A DNA stretch of 64,000 bases from an uncultured Syntrophomonadaceae bacterium (GTDB taxonomy: Bacteria; Bacillota; Dethiobacteria; DTU022): contig CAYWIY010000001.1 of NCBI GenBank assembly GCA_964458455.1, forward strand, positions 2,303-66,302. Direction: 5' to 3'. Within the stretch, counting starts at the first letter, position 1. Each line of letters opens with the position of its first letter. Both the position numbers and the translations under genes were made by a program. Positions 1-10,249 of this stretch are shown here, in pieces. The notes below the pieces were generated by a model that saw nothing but the letters and a program-made list of their open reading frames with translations, was not told the origin of the DNA and did not search any database.

Positions 1-157
1 CCACCGGTTCAGGATCGGCGAAATCGATCAATGCTTGCATCCGCACTGGTATTTCCGGCCACAAATAGAGCAATGCCGCCCCAAAAAAAATAACCAGCAC
101 GGTTGCAACCGCTAACCGGGAAAATACCTTTTTCTTATTTAACCGTTTTTTACGCAA
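1..157 (-). CDS. N-terminal fragment of a hypothetical membrane-anchored protein; the gene runs off the window start
   Basis: GGAGG sits 7 nt upstream of a TTG start at 157. Minus-strand translation gives (M)RKKRLNKKKVFSRLAVATVLVIFFGAALLYLWPEIPV, a basic N-terminus followed by a TM helix. The frame stays open to coordinate 1. Confidence 0.3.
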   Translation of the reverse strand, partial: MRKKRLNKKKVFSRLAVATVLVIFFGAALLYLWPEIPVRMQALIDFADPEPV

Positions 158-308
158 TATTTTTCCTCCCCGAAAAAACTGACAGCTCTGCTTTTCTATA
201 AGGCTTTACAGCCTTTAGGTTAATTATACATTTTCGGTCAAGGAAATGCAGCTGTCCTCACTTTGCAATCACGTGGGTTATAATGATGATAGAGCTCGTT
301 ATTAAAGA

Positions 309-1196
309 TTACCGCGAAAAATACTCCGCAACAAAGTCCTCCAGGTCCAGGTCTATTATAGCGTATTCAGCAACATCGGCATCATTAAAATGCCACCATT
401 CGCTTTCTATCGGGGTAAAGCCATTGTTGATCATCACTTCTGTCAGGTACTCCATGTTATCACGGGCTTCTCGCGGTATATCCGGGTAAGACCGGGAAGC
501 TTCGGCGGTAAAAACATCAAAGCCGGTGGGCATTTCCAGTTCTCTACCCTCTTCATCCACCAGGGTAACATCGACTGCGGCGCCGCGGTTATGGTTTGAC
601 CCGGTTTCCGGGTCGGCAACATAGACAGGATCCGGCTTTTCTTCCCAGAGCGCCTCCTGGACACTCAAGGGCCGGTAAGCATCCCAGATCTTGAGCCGGT
701 AACCGTCGGCCATGAACTCGGCATTGGCAGCAGCCAGTTTTTTCGCAGTTTCCTTCCTCAAAAGGCAAACCTCTACCGGGTAGAGCCGGCGGCCAGTAAA
801 ATTATCTTCTGTTGCGTACTTCAGTTCTACTTCCAGGCCGGGGCACAAATCCCTGACTTCGACCAGGCCTTTCATCTTAAATATCTCCCCTTCGACACCT
901 GTTCCTTCTTTCAGTGCTGCCTTTTCAGCCCTGGCCGATGCCAGTTCTTGTTCCAGGTCCCGGAGGTTTTCCTGCAAGTCCGCCCTTTCTATTTCAAGTT
1001 CTTCCACCCGGGCAGAAAGGACTTCAATTTGTTCTTTATCCCCGGCCCTCTGGACCAGCAATAACAGGTTAAAAACCAGCAGAACAGCTAAAAGAATACC
1101 GGCTAATGCGATCAAGCGGCCCATATTGTCTTTTAAAAGCCTGCGGAGGTCACGTTGCTCGCTTCCACCGACTGTCCGCTTACTACCGCCTGGCAA
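309..1196 (-). CDS. D-alanyl-D-alanine dipeptidase, VanX/DdpX type (peptidase M15D), with an N-terminal TM anchor and coiled-coil segment
   Basis: VanX signature motifs are present: KYATEDNFTG, SNHNRGAAVDVTL and EWWHF. The N-terminus has a hydrophobic helix (LIALAGILLAVLLVFNLLLL) followed by a heptad-like Glu/Leu-rich stretch. TTG start with RBS AGGAGAGGA. Confidence 0.8.
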   Translation of the reverse strand: MPGGSKRTVGGSEQRDLRRLLKDNMGRLIALAGILLAVLLVFNLLLLVQRAGDKEQIEVLSARVEELEIERADLQENLRDLEQELASARAEKAALKEGTGVEGEIFKMKGLVEVRDLCPGLEVELKYATEDNFTGRRLYPVEVCLLRKETAKKLAAANAEFMADGYRLKIWDAYRPLSVQEALWEEKPDPVYVADPETGSNHNRGAAVDVTLVDEEGRELEMPTGFDVFTAEASRSYPDIPREARDNMEYLTEVMINNGFTPIESEWWHFNDADVAEYAIIDLDLEDFVAEYFSR

Positions 1197-1478
1197 TGCT
1201 AATCCTCTCCTGTATCTTTAATACTTTCTATATGCCTTCTTTATAGTGATCATAGCGAACCGGGCACCGGTTTAACAGGGCAAAATGCATAATGGGACCG
1301 GCATTATGGGGCTAGATTGCATCACAATGGGGCTAAATTGTGGCAAGAAAAAGGGATCACAGGGGACGGTTCCACGGCCTTCTCTTCGGCTTTTAAATTA
1401 TGCTTTAAGAAGCTTTCAAACCGTCCCCTTAGCGGCGCTTATCGTTTAACAAGGGCAATAGGCTGTAGTTAAGTTTTA

Positions 1479-3473
1479 TCAAGCAAGAACAACTTCCGCC
1501 TGCCTGACCAGGTTTTCTACTGTAAAGCCCCTCTTCTCCATCACTACCGGGCCGGGAGCAGAAGCGCCGAAATCATCGAGGCCGATTACTTTCCCCTCAG
1601 AACATGCAAAACTTTCCCAGCCCATGGGCAGGGCCGCTTCCACGATTAACCTTTTAGTTATGGCAGAAGGAAGGATTTCTTCTTTGTAGTCTTCATCCTG
1701 GGCCAGGAAAAGTTCCCGGCTGACCATGCTGACCACACGTACACTGTATCCTTTGTCTTCCAGTTCCCGGGTGGCTTTAAGGGCCGGATCTACTTCAGAT
1801 CCGCTGGCGATTATAATCAAATCCGGGTTTCCGTCCTTTTCCCGGTGGATAATATAGCCCCCCTTGAGAGCTTTTTTCCCGCTTCCTTTCAGCTGGGGCA
1901 ATTTTTGCCTGGAAAGGACCAGGGCTGTCGGTCCGCAGCGGCGCTGCAGGGCATGCAGCCAGGCCGCCGCCGTTTCCTTGCCATCAGCAGGCCTGAGGAC
2001 ATGCATGTTCGGTATGGAACGCAAATGGGACAACTGTTCCACAGGCTGGTGGGTGGGGCCGTCTTCCCCGACGGCAATGCTGTCGTGGGTGTAAACATAA
2101 ACCACCGGCAGGCCCATCATGGCTGCCAACCGCACAGCAGGTTTCATATAGTCGAAGAATACCAGGAAGGTCGAGCAGAATGGACGCAGGCCGCCGTGCA
2201 GGCACAGCCCGGATAAAATGGCTCCCATGGCATGCTCGCGAACACCGAAGTGGATGTTGTTTCCACCCGGGTTACCGGCCTGGAAATCACTAAACTGTTT
2301 CAATCCTGTTTTTGTAGAGGAATTAAGATCGGCTGAACCGCCAATCATGTTGGGAAGGAATTCGGCCAGAACCTGCATAACCTGACCGGATGCAGCCCGG
2401 GTAGCCAGGGGTTGATCTTCAAAATCCCACAGCCTGCTGTCATTTTCTAATTGATCTGGAACCTGCCCCGAAAACCAGCTGTCCCATCTTTCACCCAGAT
2501 CGGGATACTCTTGCCTGTAGTCGCTTAAAAGAGCATCCCATTCTTCTTTCCTGGCCTTGAGGGTTTCTTTAAACCCGGAAAAATGTTCATAAACCTCAGG
2601 TGGAACATAAAAATCAGGCTCCAGGGGCCAGCCCAGGTTCTTCTTGGTTTCTACTACTTCTTCAAAGCCCAGGGGGGCGCCGTGTACTCCGGCTGTTCCC
2701 TGCTTGTTCGGGGAGCCGTAACCAATTTCTGTCCGGACCATGATCAGGCTGGGGCGACCGGTTTCCTGCCTGGCTTCGGAGATCGCTTCAGAGATCATTT
2801 CCACCCGGTTACCTTCATCGACCCTCAGCACCTGCCACCCGTAAGCTTCGAAACGTTTGCCCACGTCTTCGGTAAAGGTAATATCGGTGCTACCGTCTAT
2901 GGAGATGCTGTTATCATCATAGAAACAGATCAGCTTGCCCAGTTTCAAGTGACCGGCCAGCGAAGCCGCTTCGGAAGAAATCCCTTCCATCATGCAACCA
3001 TCGCCGGCGTATACATAGGTATGGTGATCGACCAGAGGATAGCCGGGGCGGTTAAATTCTTCGGCCAGGCGCCGCTCGGCAATGGCCATACCGACTGCAT
3101 TGCCAAAGCCCTGGCCCAGTGGGCCGGTAGTGGTCTCAACACCGGGAGTATGACCAAATTCTGGGTGACCGGGAGTCCTGCTTCCCCACTGGCGAAAACT
3201 TTTTATTTCTTCCAGGGACAGGCCGTAACCAAAAAGATGCAGCAGGGCATATAAAAGCATTGAACCATGCCCTGCCGACAGGACAAAGCGATCCCGATTG
3301 GCCCAGTCCGGTACCTCCGGGCAATGCTTGAGATGCTGGGTCCACAGTGTATACCCTGTGGCCGCCCCACCCATGGGCAACCCGGGATGCCCTGAGCCGG
3401 CTTTTTCTACCGCATCAACCGCCAAAAATCGAATGGTATTAACTGCCATTTCGTCGATAGCATTCAAGTGCAA
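1479..3473 (-). CDS. tkt: transketolase
   Basis: 664 aa with the thiamine-diphosphate motif region [19 protein letters not shown] and full-length collinearity with bacterial Tkt. Confidence 0.95.
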   Translation of the reverse strand: MHLNAIDEMAVNTIRFLAVDAVEKAGSGHPGLPMGGAATGYTLWTQHLKHCPEVPDWANRDRFVLSAGHGSMLLYALLHLFGYGLSLEEIKSFRQWGSRTPGHPEFGHTPGVETTTGPLGQGFGNAVGMAIAERRLAEEFNRPGYPLVDHHTYVYAGDGCMMEGISSEAASLAGHLKLGKLICFYDDNSISIDGSTDITFTEDVGKRFEAYGWQVLRVDEGNRVEMISEAISEARQETGRPSLIMVRTEIGYGSPNKQGTAGVHGAPLGFEEVVETKKNLGWPLEPDFYVPPEVYEHFSGFKETLKARKEEWDALLSDYRQEYPDLGERWDSWFSGQVPDQLENDSRLWDFEDQPLATRAASGQVMQVLAEFLPNMIGGSADLNSSTKTGLKQFSDFQAGNPGGNNIHFGVREHAMGAILSGLCLHGGLRPFCSTFLVFFDYMKPAVRLAAMMGLPVVYVYTHDSIAVGEDGPTHQPVEQLSHLRSIPNMHVLRPADGKETAAAWLHALQRRCGPTALVLSRQKLPQLKGSGKKALKGGYIIHREKDGNPDLIIIASGSEVDPALKATRELEDKGYSVRVVSMVSRELFLAQDEDYKEEILPSAITKRLIVEAALPMGWESFACSEGKVIGLDDFGASAPGPVVMEKRGFTVENLVRQAEVVLA

Positions 3474-3486
3474 CCACTCCTTCTTT

Positions 3487-4125
3487 CTAAGGTTTATCCA
3501 CTACCCTTAACTCGATTTCCAGGGCGACATAATCGATGGGGTCGGTAGTAAAACTCCCTTCCTGCTCTTTGCCCAGGATGACCCTGTCAATCACAACCCG
3601 GAAACCCTCTTGCTCCTCGGCCAAATCTACTTTAAAAACCTGATCCCCTTTATCTTCCGGCTCCGGATCAAGATCTTCTATTTCAAACATAAAATTCAGC
3701 TCAAATTCCCTTTCATGCAGGGCATAATAATCTACGTCAAAAGTTAAAGCTACCCACTCTATTTCAAAAACGTCGGTCTGCTTTACCAGCCAAACTATCC
3801 GGCCGCTGTAATCGGTGCCCCGGGTAAATTCGCCCACAAAACCGGTATCAGATTCGAAAAGATGTGACCCGTCAATAACTTCAGTGCTGGACAGGACGAG
3901 TTGACCGTGGCTGAGCCAGGGCCAGAAATAGTTTTCCGACGGCTCCGGATCTTCAACTTCAATTTCGTCGTTAACCGGCTCTGGAACTTCTTCTTCATTT
4001 ACCTCGACAGGGTCTTCATCCGGATCAACCACCGGTTCATGGTCGGGAGCACAACCGGACGCAGTAAATAAAAGTACCATCGCCAGGAATAAAGAAATCA
4101 GCACACCCGGGTTATTCTTTTTCAC
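3487..4125 (-). CDS. acidic lipoprotein of unknown function
   Basis: Signal peptide followed by a lipobox, LFTASGC. The N-terminal third is very acidic and Pro/Glu-rich ([21 protein letters not shown]). No family was recognised. Confidence 0.55.
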   Translation of the reverse strand: MKKNNPGVLISLFLAMVLLFTASGCAPDHEPVVDPDEDPVEVNEEEVPEPVNDEIEVEDPEPSENYFWPWLSHGQLVLSSTEVIDGSHLFESDTGFVGEFTRGTDYSGRIVWLVKQTDVFEIEWVALTFDVDYYALHEREFELNFMFEIEDLDPEPEDKGDQVFKVDLAEEQEGFRVVIDRVILGKEQEGSFTTDPIDYVALEIELRVVDKP

Positions 4126-4331
4126 CTTGACTCATCTCCCTTGATGGGCTGACCTGCGGAGTTTTCAGGCAGCATACCGTTTCACAATCCTATGTAAATC
4201 CTATAAAGCACGTGGTTAATTTCTTTTCGACACCAGGCCCCTGTAACCTTCATTCAAACAAAAATTGTTGCCTTAACAGTACCTATCAAGCGATCATCCG
4301 GGCGGAACCCGGAGAGTGATATTTTTACAAC

Positions 4332-6137
4332 TTAAAAGGGCCAAATTAAGGGAACAACCAGAATAATCACCAGGAAAACCAAAAGGCTTAAGCCTGCTCC
4401 ATATTTTAAATAATCGACCGACCGGTAGCGTCCCGGTTTCTGGATGAGCAAAGTCATGGGATGGCCCATCGGCATCATGAAAGCGGCAGAGGCCCCGACC
4501 ACCACGGCCATGACAAATGTTTTCGGGTTTGAGCCCAGGGTCTGGGCAACATTGAGGGCTACCGGGGTCATTATAACAGCGGCAGCCACGTTGTGCATGG
4601 GCTGGGTAAGCAGGATGCTCGCCAGGGCGATAAAGGCCAGCACCGGCAGAGGCTCGTAATTACTGACAGATAGCAGGACGCCTGCCATAAGCGACGAAGC
4701 CCCGCTATTTTGAAGGGCCAGCCCAAGAGGATAAAGACAACCGATCAGGATAATTGCCCGCCATTCAATACTTTCATATATTTCGCGCGGTTTGAGGAGG
4801 CCGATCAGGACCATGCAGGCGGCGCCCGTTACGGCGGCAACCGCCACCGGCAGCCAGTTCAAAGCTGCGCTGAGGATAACCAGCAGCAGAATCAGTACGG
4901 CATAAGGGCCGTAACGGCGCAGTTCAGGAGGCGCTTCTTCCCGGCGTGGAGCATGCAGCCAGCGGAAGCTTTTACCGGGCTTAAAACTCCTGGTCTTGGT
5001 CCGGTCCCCGAACAATAGCAATCCGTCCCCTTCCTGCAGGGTGATGTGGCCGACATCGGTCCGGTAAGGAATGCCGTCGCGCCAGAGGGCGATCCCGCTC
5101 AACCCGGTATTTTCTCTGAAATTTATTTCAGTTAATGTTTTGCCGATAACCGGTGAACGCGGTGGAACTACAACTTCGACCATTTCAGCGGTGCTGAGGG
5201 GCAATCTCATCTGGTCCCGCGGATGACCGGCTAAAAAAAGCCCTTCTTCTTCAACCAGCTCTGACACCCGGCCTTCCCTGCCAAGCACCAGCAGGATATC
5301 GCCGTTTTGAATCCGCAGTTCGGTTTGCTCCACCGGAAGCTGCTGATCAGAACGGACCACGGCCACCACGCATAAACCAAATCTTTCCCCCAGGCCCAGT
5401 TCCCTGATCGTCTTTCCCACTGCCGGCGACCGGTCCTGCACCCATACTTCCCAGAGCCGGTCGGCCAGGCCGTAAGTTTCTATCAAATCAGGACGTTCCG
5501 GGTCGGGCCCGTTATTAACAGGGTCTTCTGCCGGCAGCAGGCGCCAGCCCAGGAAAACGCTGTAAAGCACACCCACCAGGAGCAGGATTGCCCCGAGGGG
5601 CATAAATTCAAAAATACTGAAACCGAAACCAAGGTATTCTTCAAGGAGGCTGTTGGCGACAAGGTTATGGGAAGCACCGATCAGGGTCAGGTTGGCCCCC
5701 AGCAGGCAGGACGAAACCAGTGGAAGCAGCAGCCGTGAACGGGACACACCGGCCTGGAAAGCCATCCTCATCAAGGTGGGGATAAAGAATAATACAGTAG
5801 CCGTAACAATGATGAAACCGGCCACCACCCCGGGAAGGGCCGTGCCGGCCAGCATCAGGCGCAGGTCGCTTTTCCCTGTCATCCGGTTGAGGCTGTCGGC
5901 CACCCGGTTGACCACTCCGCTGCGGACCAGCCCGGTGGTGATTACAAACAGGGAAGCCACCGTAATTACCGCAGAACTGCTGAAACCGAGAAAAACTTCT
6001 TCTGCGGTAACAAGCCCCGTAACTACAAGGGCAAACGGGATCAATAGCGGGACAATATCCATGCGGACCCAGCCGGTTATAAATAAAACAATTACCGCAG
6101 CAATGATAATTGTTACCTGTATAATATCAACATTCAT
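4332..6137 (-). CDS. SLC13/DASS-family permease with two central TrkA-C (RCK_C) domains, YfbS-like
   Basis: 601 aa. N- and C-terminal polytopic transporter halves flank two soluble RCK_C-like repeats (…GKTIRELGLGERFGLCVVAVVR… and …GKTLTEINFRENTGLSGIALWR…). Confidence 0.8.
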   Translation of the reverse strand: MNVDIIQVTIIIAAVIVLFITGWVRMDIVPLLIPFALVVTGLVTAEEVFLGFSSSAVITVASLFVITTGLVRSGVVNRVADSLNRMTGKSDLRLMLAGTALPGVVAGFIIVTATVLFFIPTLMRMAFQAGVSRSRLLLPLVSSCLLGANLTLIGASHNLVANSLLEEYLGFGFSIFEFMPLGAILLLVGVLYSVFLGWRLLPAEDPVNNGPDPERPDLIETYGLADRLWEVWVQDRSPAVGKTIRELGLGERFGLCVVAVVRSDQQLPVEQTELRIQNGDILLVLGREGRVSELVEEEGLFLAGHPRDQMRLPLSTAEMVEVVVPPRSPVIGKTLTEINFRENTGLSGIALWRDGIPYRTDVGHITLQEGDGLLLFGDRTKTRSFKPGKSFRWLHAPRREEAPPELRRYGPYAVLILLLVILSAALNWLPVAVAAVTGAACMVLIGLLKPREIYESIEWRAIILIGCLYPLGLALQNSGASSLMAGVLLSVSNYEPLPVLAFIALASILLTQPMHNVAAAVIMTPVALNVAQTLGSNPKTFVMAVVVGASAAFMMPMGHPMTLLIQKPGRYRSVDYLKYGAGLSLLVFLVIILVVPLIWPF

Positions 6138-6248
6138 TGACGCTGGCAGCTCCTCTTCCTGTGATCCCGGGCTTTAAAAAGGCTTTAGACTGTGATTTTA
6201 ATTATATCATTAAGAAGGCTTTAGATTAAATTTTACCGGATGGACATT

Positions 6249-8051
6249 TTACAGCCCGAGTGGCCAGACCAGCAGGATCAGGGGAACTCCCACCACTACA
6301 ACAATTATTTCCAGGGGCAAACCCATGCGCCAGTAATCGCTAAACCGGTATCCTCCCGGACCCATTACCAGGGTATTGGACTGGTGCCCGATGGGGGTTA
6401 AAAATGCACACGAAGCCCCCACAGCCACGCTCATCAGGAAAGGATCAACTGAAACATTCAACCCTGCCGCTATGCCGAGCGCTACCGGGGCCATCAGGAC
6501 CGCTGCCGCAGCATTGTTGACCAGGTTGGAAAGAATAATCGTCCCCGTCATTACCACGGCCAGGGTAACCCATGGGGCCACTTCGCTGGAAAGGGCCAGG
6601 ATCCCGCCTGCGATTAAATCTGCGCTCCCGGTGGCTTCAAAAGCCTGGCTGACAGGCAGTATCGCTCCCAGTAAAACAATTACCGGCCAATCTATACTTT
6701 CATAGATTTCTCTCAATGAAACAAATCCGGCCAATGCCATTAACAGGGCAGCCCCGGCAAAAGCAATTTGAATGGCCAGGACTCCCGCTGCCGCCAGGGC
6801 CAGGGCCCCAGCAAATATGGCCAGGCTGAGCAGAACCTGCCGGGGTTGCCCCACCCTGAGGCCCCTTTCCACAAGGGGCAGGAGGCCCAGGGAAGGCAGG
6901 ACCTCTTCCAGCACTTCTTCAGGGCCCTGGAGAAGCAGGACATCACCGGCTCGGAAATTGATTTTTTCAGGACTTGTCTTCAGGCGCCCGCCCTGTCGAG
7001 CCAGGCCGAGCAAATTAACCCCGTAACGGGAACGCAGGTGGAGGGAACGGGCGGTTCGCCCTTCCATCAGCGAATCCCTGGTTACCGTCGCCTCCATAAC
7101 TTTGATATTGTCCGAGCTGAGGACCTCTTCTCCACCGGCCTTCGAACCGGTCAACTCCAAACCTGTAGCATCAAGCAATTCCTGAAGGTCTTCAGCATTG
7201 GCCTTGATTACCAGAGCATCCCCTTCCTTGAAGGTCCGCCGGGGTGAGGGGGCGGCAAATTTTTGGCCGTCCCTCTCATGGCCGACAATCACCACATCAC
7301 CGTCTGTGGCTTCTTCCAGGTCCTTTAATCTCTTTCCGGTGAGGGTTGAATCCTTCGGCACCTGGACCTCGGTAATATACTCATCAATTTCAAACAGTTC
7401 TTCCGGTGAAAGCTGCCCCTTTCTCTCCGGCAGCAAGCGCCACCCGATCAGGATAATAAAGAGCAGCCCGGCCAGGGCGATCCCGGCTCCCACCGGGGTA
7501 AAATCGAACATCCGGAACGGTTCCCCTACTGCTGTATCCTCCCTGAACAGGGAGATGATAATGTTGGGAGGGGTGCCTACCTGGGTTACCAGCCCGCCCA
7601 GGAGCGAACCAAAAGCCAGGGGCATCAAGAAAAGGGAAGGCGAAATGCTGTTTTTCCGGGCCATGCGGATGGCAACCGGCATGAACAGGGCCAGGGCCCC
7701 GATATTGTTCATGAAACCGGAAAAAACGGTTACAGCAGTAACCAGGACGGTTAGCTGGAGAAGCTGTTTTTCTCCCACACCCGACATCAGACGGACTATG
7801 TAGTCGACCATGCCGGAGTTAAATAGGGCCCGGCTGACGACCAGAACCGCGGCAACAGTTATCACAGCCGGGTGCCCGAAACCGGCAAAGGCCTCACCCG
7901 CCGGCACCAGGCCAAGCACGGTAATAACTAAAAGAAGAAAGAGAGCCACCAGGTCATAACGCCACCGGCCCCAGGCAAAAAGAAACAGGGCCATGGCCAG
8001 CAGGGCAAATACAGTTGCTTGTTCAGTAGTCATAAACACTGCCTCCACCAA
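6249..8051 (-). CDS. SLC13/DASS-family permease with two TrkA-C domains; tandem paralogue of the previous gene
   Basis: 600 aa with the same architecture as the gene at 4332..6137. Its two RCK_C-like repeats are …GKRLKDLEEATDGDVVIVGHER… and …GRTARSLHLRSRYGVNLLGLAR…. Confidence 0.8.
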   Translation of the reverse strand: MVEAVFMTTEQATVFALLAMALFLFAWGRWRYDLVALFLLLVITVLGLVPAGEAFAGFGHPAVITVAAVLVVSRALFNSGMVDYIVRLMSGVGEKQLLQLTVLVTAVTVFSGFMNNIGALALFMPVAIRMARKNSISPSLFLMPLAFGSLLGGLVTQVGTPPNIIISLFREDTAVGEPFRMFDFTPVGAGIALAGLLFIILIGWRLLPERKGQLSPEELFEIDEYITEVQVPKDSTLTGKRLKDLEEATDGDVVIVGHERDGQKFAAPSPRRTFKEGDALVIKANAEDLQELLDATGLELTGSKAGGEEVLSSDNIKVMEATVTRDSLMEGRTARSLHLRSRYGVNLLGLARQGGRLKTSPEKINFRAGDVLLLQGPEEVLEEVLPSLGLLPLVERGLRVGQPRQVLLSLAIFAGALALAAAGVLAIQIAFAGAALLMALAGFVSLREIYESIDWPVIVLLGAILPVSQAFEATGSADLIAGGILALSSEVAPWVTLAVVMTGTIILSNLVNNAAAAVLMAPVALGIAAGLNVSVDPFLMSVAVGASCAFLTPIGHQSNTLVMGPGGYRFSDYWRMGLPLEIIVVVVGVPLILLVWPLGL

Positions 8052-8060
8052 CCGGTTAAG

Positions 8061-8894
8061 TTATTGCAGTTGGGTCAGGTCAATAGAACCGTTTGAGGTT
8101 GTGATGTTAAGCTTATGCCCGCCCCCGTTCATACTACCGGTCAGGGCTGTCTGTTCCAGCAGGGTAGTTTCCAGGCCGAGGTTGCTAAAACTGATCTCCC
8201 CGTTTGAGGTATTTGCTTCCAGGTCAAGAGCCAGTTCCGGGTTGATGGAAAGTTTAATCGATCCATTGCTGGTCCTGATCTCCAGGTCTTCGGCCACAGC
8301 CTGTAATTCAGCCTCGATGCTGCCGTTTGAAGTCCTCAAAGAAGCCAGGGCATCGATGGCGCTGACCACCAGGTCGCCGTTGCTGCTGCGGGCTAATAAC
8401 ACCCCGTTAATCTCGCTGGCATTAATGTTTCCATTGGAGGTGGTAAGCACGGGATCACCTGATACGCCCCTGACATCGATATTACCGTTGGAACATTCTA
8501 CCATGGAAACCCTGACCCCTTCCGGCACCTTGATGTCGTAGCTGACGGTTACATTTTTTGCGTCGTCGGGATGGATGGTTTCAATAACCATCGTATCGGC
8601 TATATCAATAAAAATATCGACCCTGTCCAGGGCCTCCTGGCCGCGGTAAGTCTCTTTGATGGCGGCTATCTCAACTTCGTCTTGATCGGATCCTTCAACC
8701 GAGACCTGCCCGTTGGGATTGTAGATCTCCAGAACCGTCCCCTGCCGCACCTGGTAAGCCTGGTAAAAATCTTCAGTTACCTTTGTCCTGCCGCAACCCG
8801 TTCCGGCAAAAAGCAGCATCCCAATAATTACCGTCAAGATCGCGGCCGTCATGACCGGCTGCAGCTTTTTATTCTTACCTGACACAGTTTTCAT
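8061..8894 (-). CDS. DUF4097-family lipoprotein (LiaG-like putative adhesin fold)
   Basis: Signal peptide with a lipobox, LFAGTGC. Repeated beta-strand motifs TSNGNI/SSNGDL/TSNGSI are spaced about 20 aa apart, typical of DUF4097. Only 9 nt separate it from the downstream permease, suggesting an operon. Confidence 0.6.
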   Translation of the reverse strand: MKTVSGKNKKLQPVMTAAILTVIIGMLLFAGTGCGRTKVTEDFYQAYQVRQGTVLEIYNPNGQVSVEGSDQDEVEIAAIKETYRGQEALDRVDIFIDIADTMVIETIHPDDAKNVTVSYDIKVPEGVRVSMVECSNGNIDVRGVSGDPVLTTSNGNINASEINGVLLARSSNGDLVVSAIDALASLRTSNGSIEAELQAVAEDLEIRTSNGSIKLSINPELALDLEANTSNGEISFSNLGLETTLLEQTALTGSMNGGGHKLNITTSNGSIDLTQLQ

Positions 8895-9215
8895 CCCCCC
8901 TGATTGTAAAATAAACGTGCCCCTGTCTTGTATGCATGAAGGTATAAAACACCGCTTTTTCTGAAGAACAGTGAGTAATCTAGAGCATAATGAAGTATTA
9001 ATGTTAACTACACCAGCTTAGCCCGCTGGTTTGAAGCCTGTACGGTGTTTTACAGCCAGGCACTATGGTTTATATATATTATCCATTTTTGGATAGAATA
9101 ATCAAGAGGAACAGGTCTGTAAAGCAGAAAATATTTAAGATTTCAGGCTGCCCCTTCCACGCCACCGCTGTTTGTTGTATAGTAGTGCTTAGTACGGCAA
9201 AAAGGGTGAGCAATT

Positions 9216-10175
9216 TTGACGAAATTAGCACAATACCTGCCTTACATGGCCGGGGTAGGCGTGGCCCTGACCTGGGGCTTTTCCTTCATGTTTACCAGGG
9301 GCGCGCTCGATCATCTCTCCCCTTTCCACCTGCTCGGCCTGCGCTTTGCCGCTGCCGTACTGGCCATGAGCCTGCTGCGGGTTTTCGGCCTGATCAAAAT
9401 CAAGGTTACACCCGCCGATTACGTTAACCTGTTGCCCCTGGCCCTGTTCCAACCGATCCTTTATTTTGCCACTGAAACAACCGGCATCCTGCTCACGTCA
9501 TCGTCCTACGCAGGAATGATGATCGCCATAATCCCCATTTTTGTGACCATATTTGCCGCTATTTTCCTGCGAGAGTACCCAAACCGGATCCAGCTCTTCT
9601 TTATTATCGCTTCAGTCGGGGGGGCAATCTTCATTATCTACATGGATGCCCAGTCCATCGCCGGGGCCAACCCTGTCGGCACCGCATTCCTTTTGGCCGC
9701 CGTTATCGCCGGGGCCAGCTTTAACATCTTTTCCCGCAAGGCTTCCATCAATCACCCTCCGGTGCGGACGACCTGGATCATGATGGTTTTTGGGGCAATA
9801 GTTTTTAACGCCATCGCCCTGGGGGAGCATTATAACGCCGGGGCAGTGAATGCTTACCTGGCGCCCCTGGCCGAGCAGTGGGTGCCTGTCCTCTATTTAG
9901 GAGTATTCTCATCGGTAGTAGCTTTTTTTCTCTATAATTTTGTCCTCAGCAAAATCACGGCTACCCAGGGCGCGGTATTTGCCAACATGGTCACTGTAGT
10001 CGCTATCACCGCCGGGGTGGTTTTCCGCGGGGAACTGGTCTTCTGGTACCACCTGGTCGGCACCGCCGCGATCCTGGCCGGGGTATGGGGGACCAACCGC
10101 TTTGCTCCCGCCGTCCTGGAAAGAAAACGGCAGAAAAAAATTGCCACAAGGGCCGCAGCCGGGGCCCGTGAATAA
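9216..10175 (+). CDS. EamA/DMT-superfamily transporter
   Basis: Ten predicted TM helices in two EamA-like halves. TTG start with RBS AAAGGGTGAG upstream. Confidence 0.8.
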   Translation: MTKLAQYLPYMAGVGVALTWGFSFMFTRGALDHLSPFHLLGLRFAAAVLAMSLLRVFGLIKIKVTPADYVNLLPLALFQPILYFATETTGILLTSSSYAGMMIAIIPIFVTIFAAIFLREYPNRIQLFFIIASVGGAIFIIYMDAQSIAGANPVGTAFLLAAVIAGASFNIFSRKASINHPPVRTTWIMMVFGAIVFNAIALGEHYNAGAVNAYLAPLAEQWVPVLYLGVFSSVVAFFLYNFVLSKITATQGAVFANMVTVVAITAGVVFRGELVFWYHLVGTAAILAGVWGTNRFAPAVLERKRQKKIATRAAAGARE

Positions 10176-10249
10176 GAACGTCCGACCCTGACCCTTCAGC
10201 ATGGATTCAACATGGATTCAAAATAAACGGACTCAGGGAAATCCTTCTT

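Noticed and set aside
1845-3254. plus-strand ORFs inside tkt (123 aa and 223 aa)
   Set aside because: They are antisense to a highly conserved transketolase gene and show no motif.
9065-9427. 120-aa plus-strand ORF upstream of or overlapping the EamA transporter
   Set aside because: It overlaps the well-supported eamA start (TTG 9216 with RBS) in a different frame. Its Arg/Cys-rich sequence has no similarity to anything I recognise.
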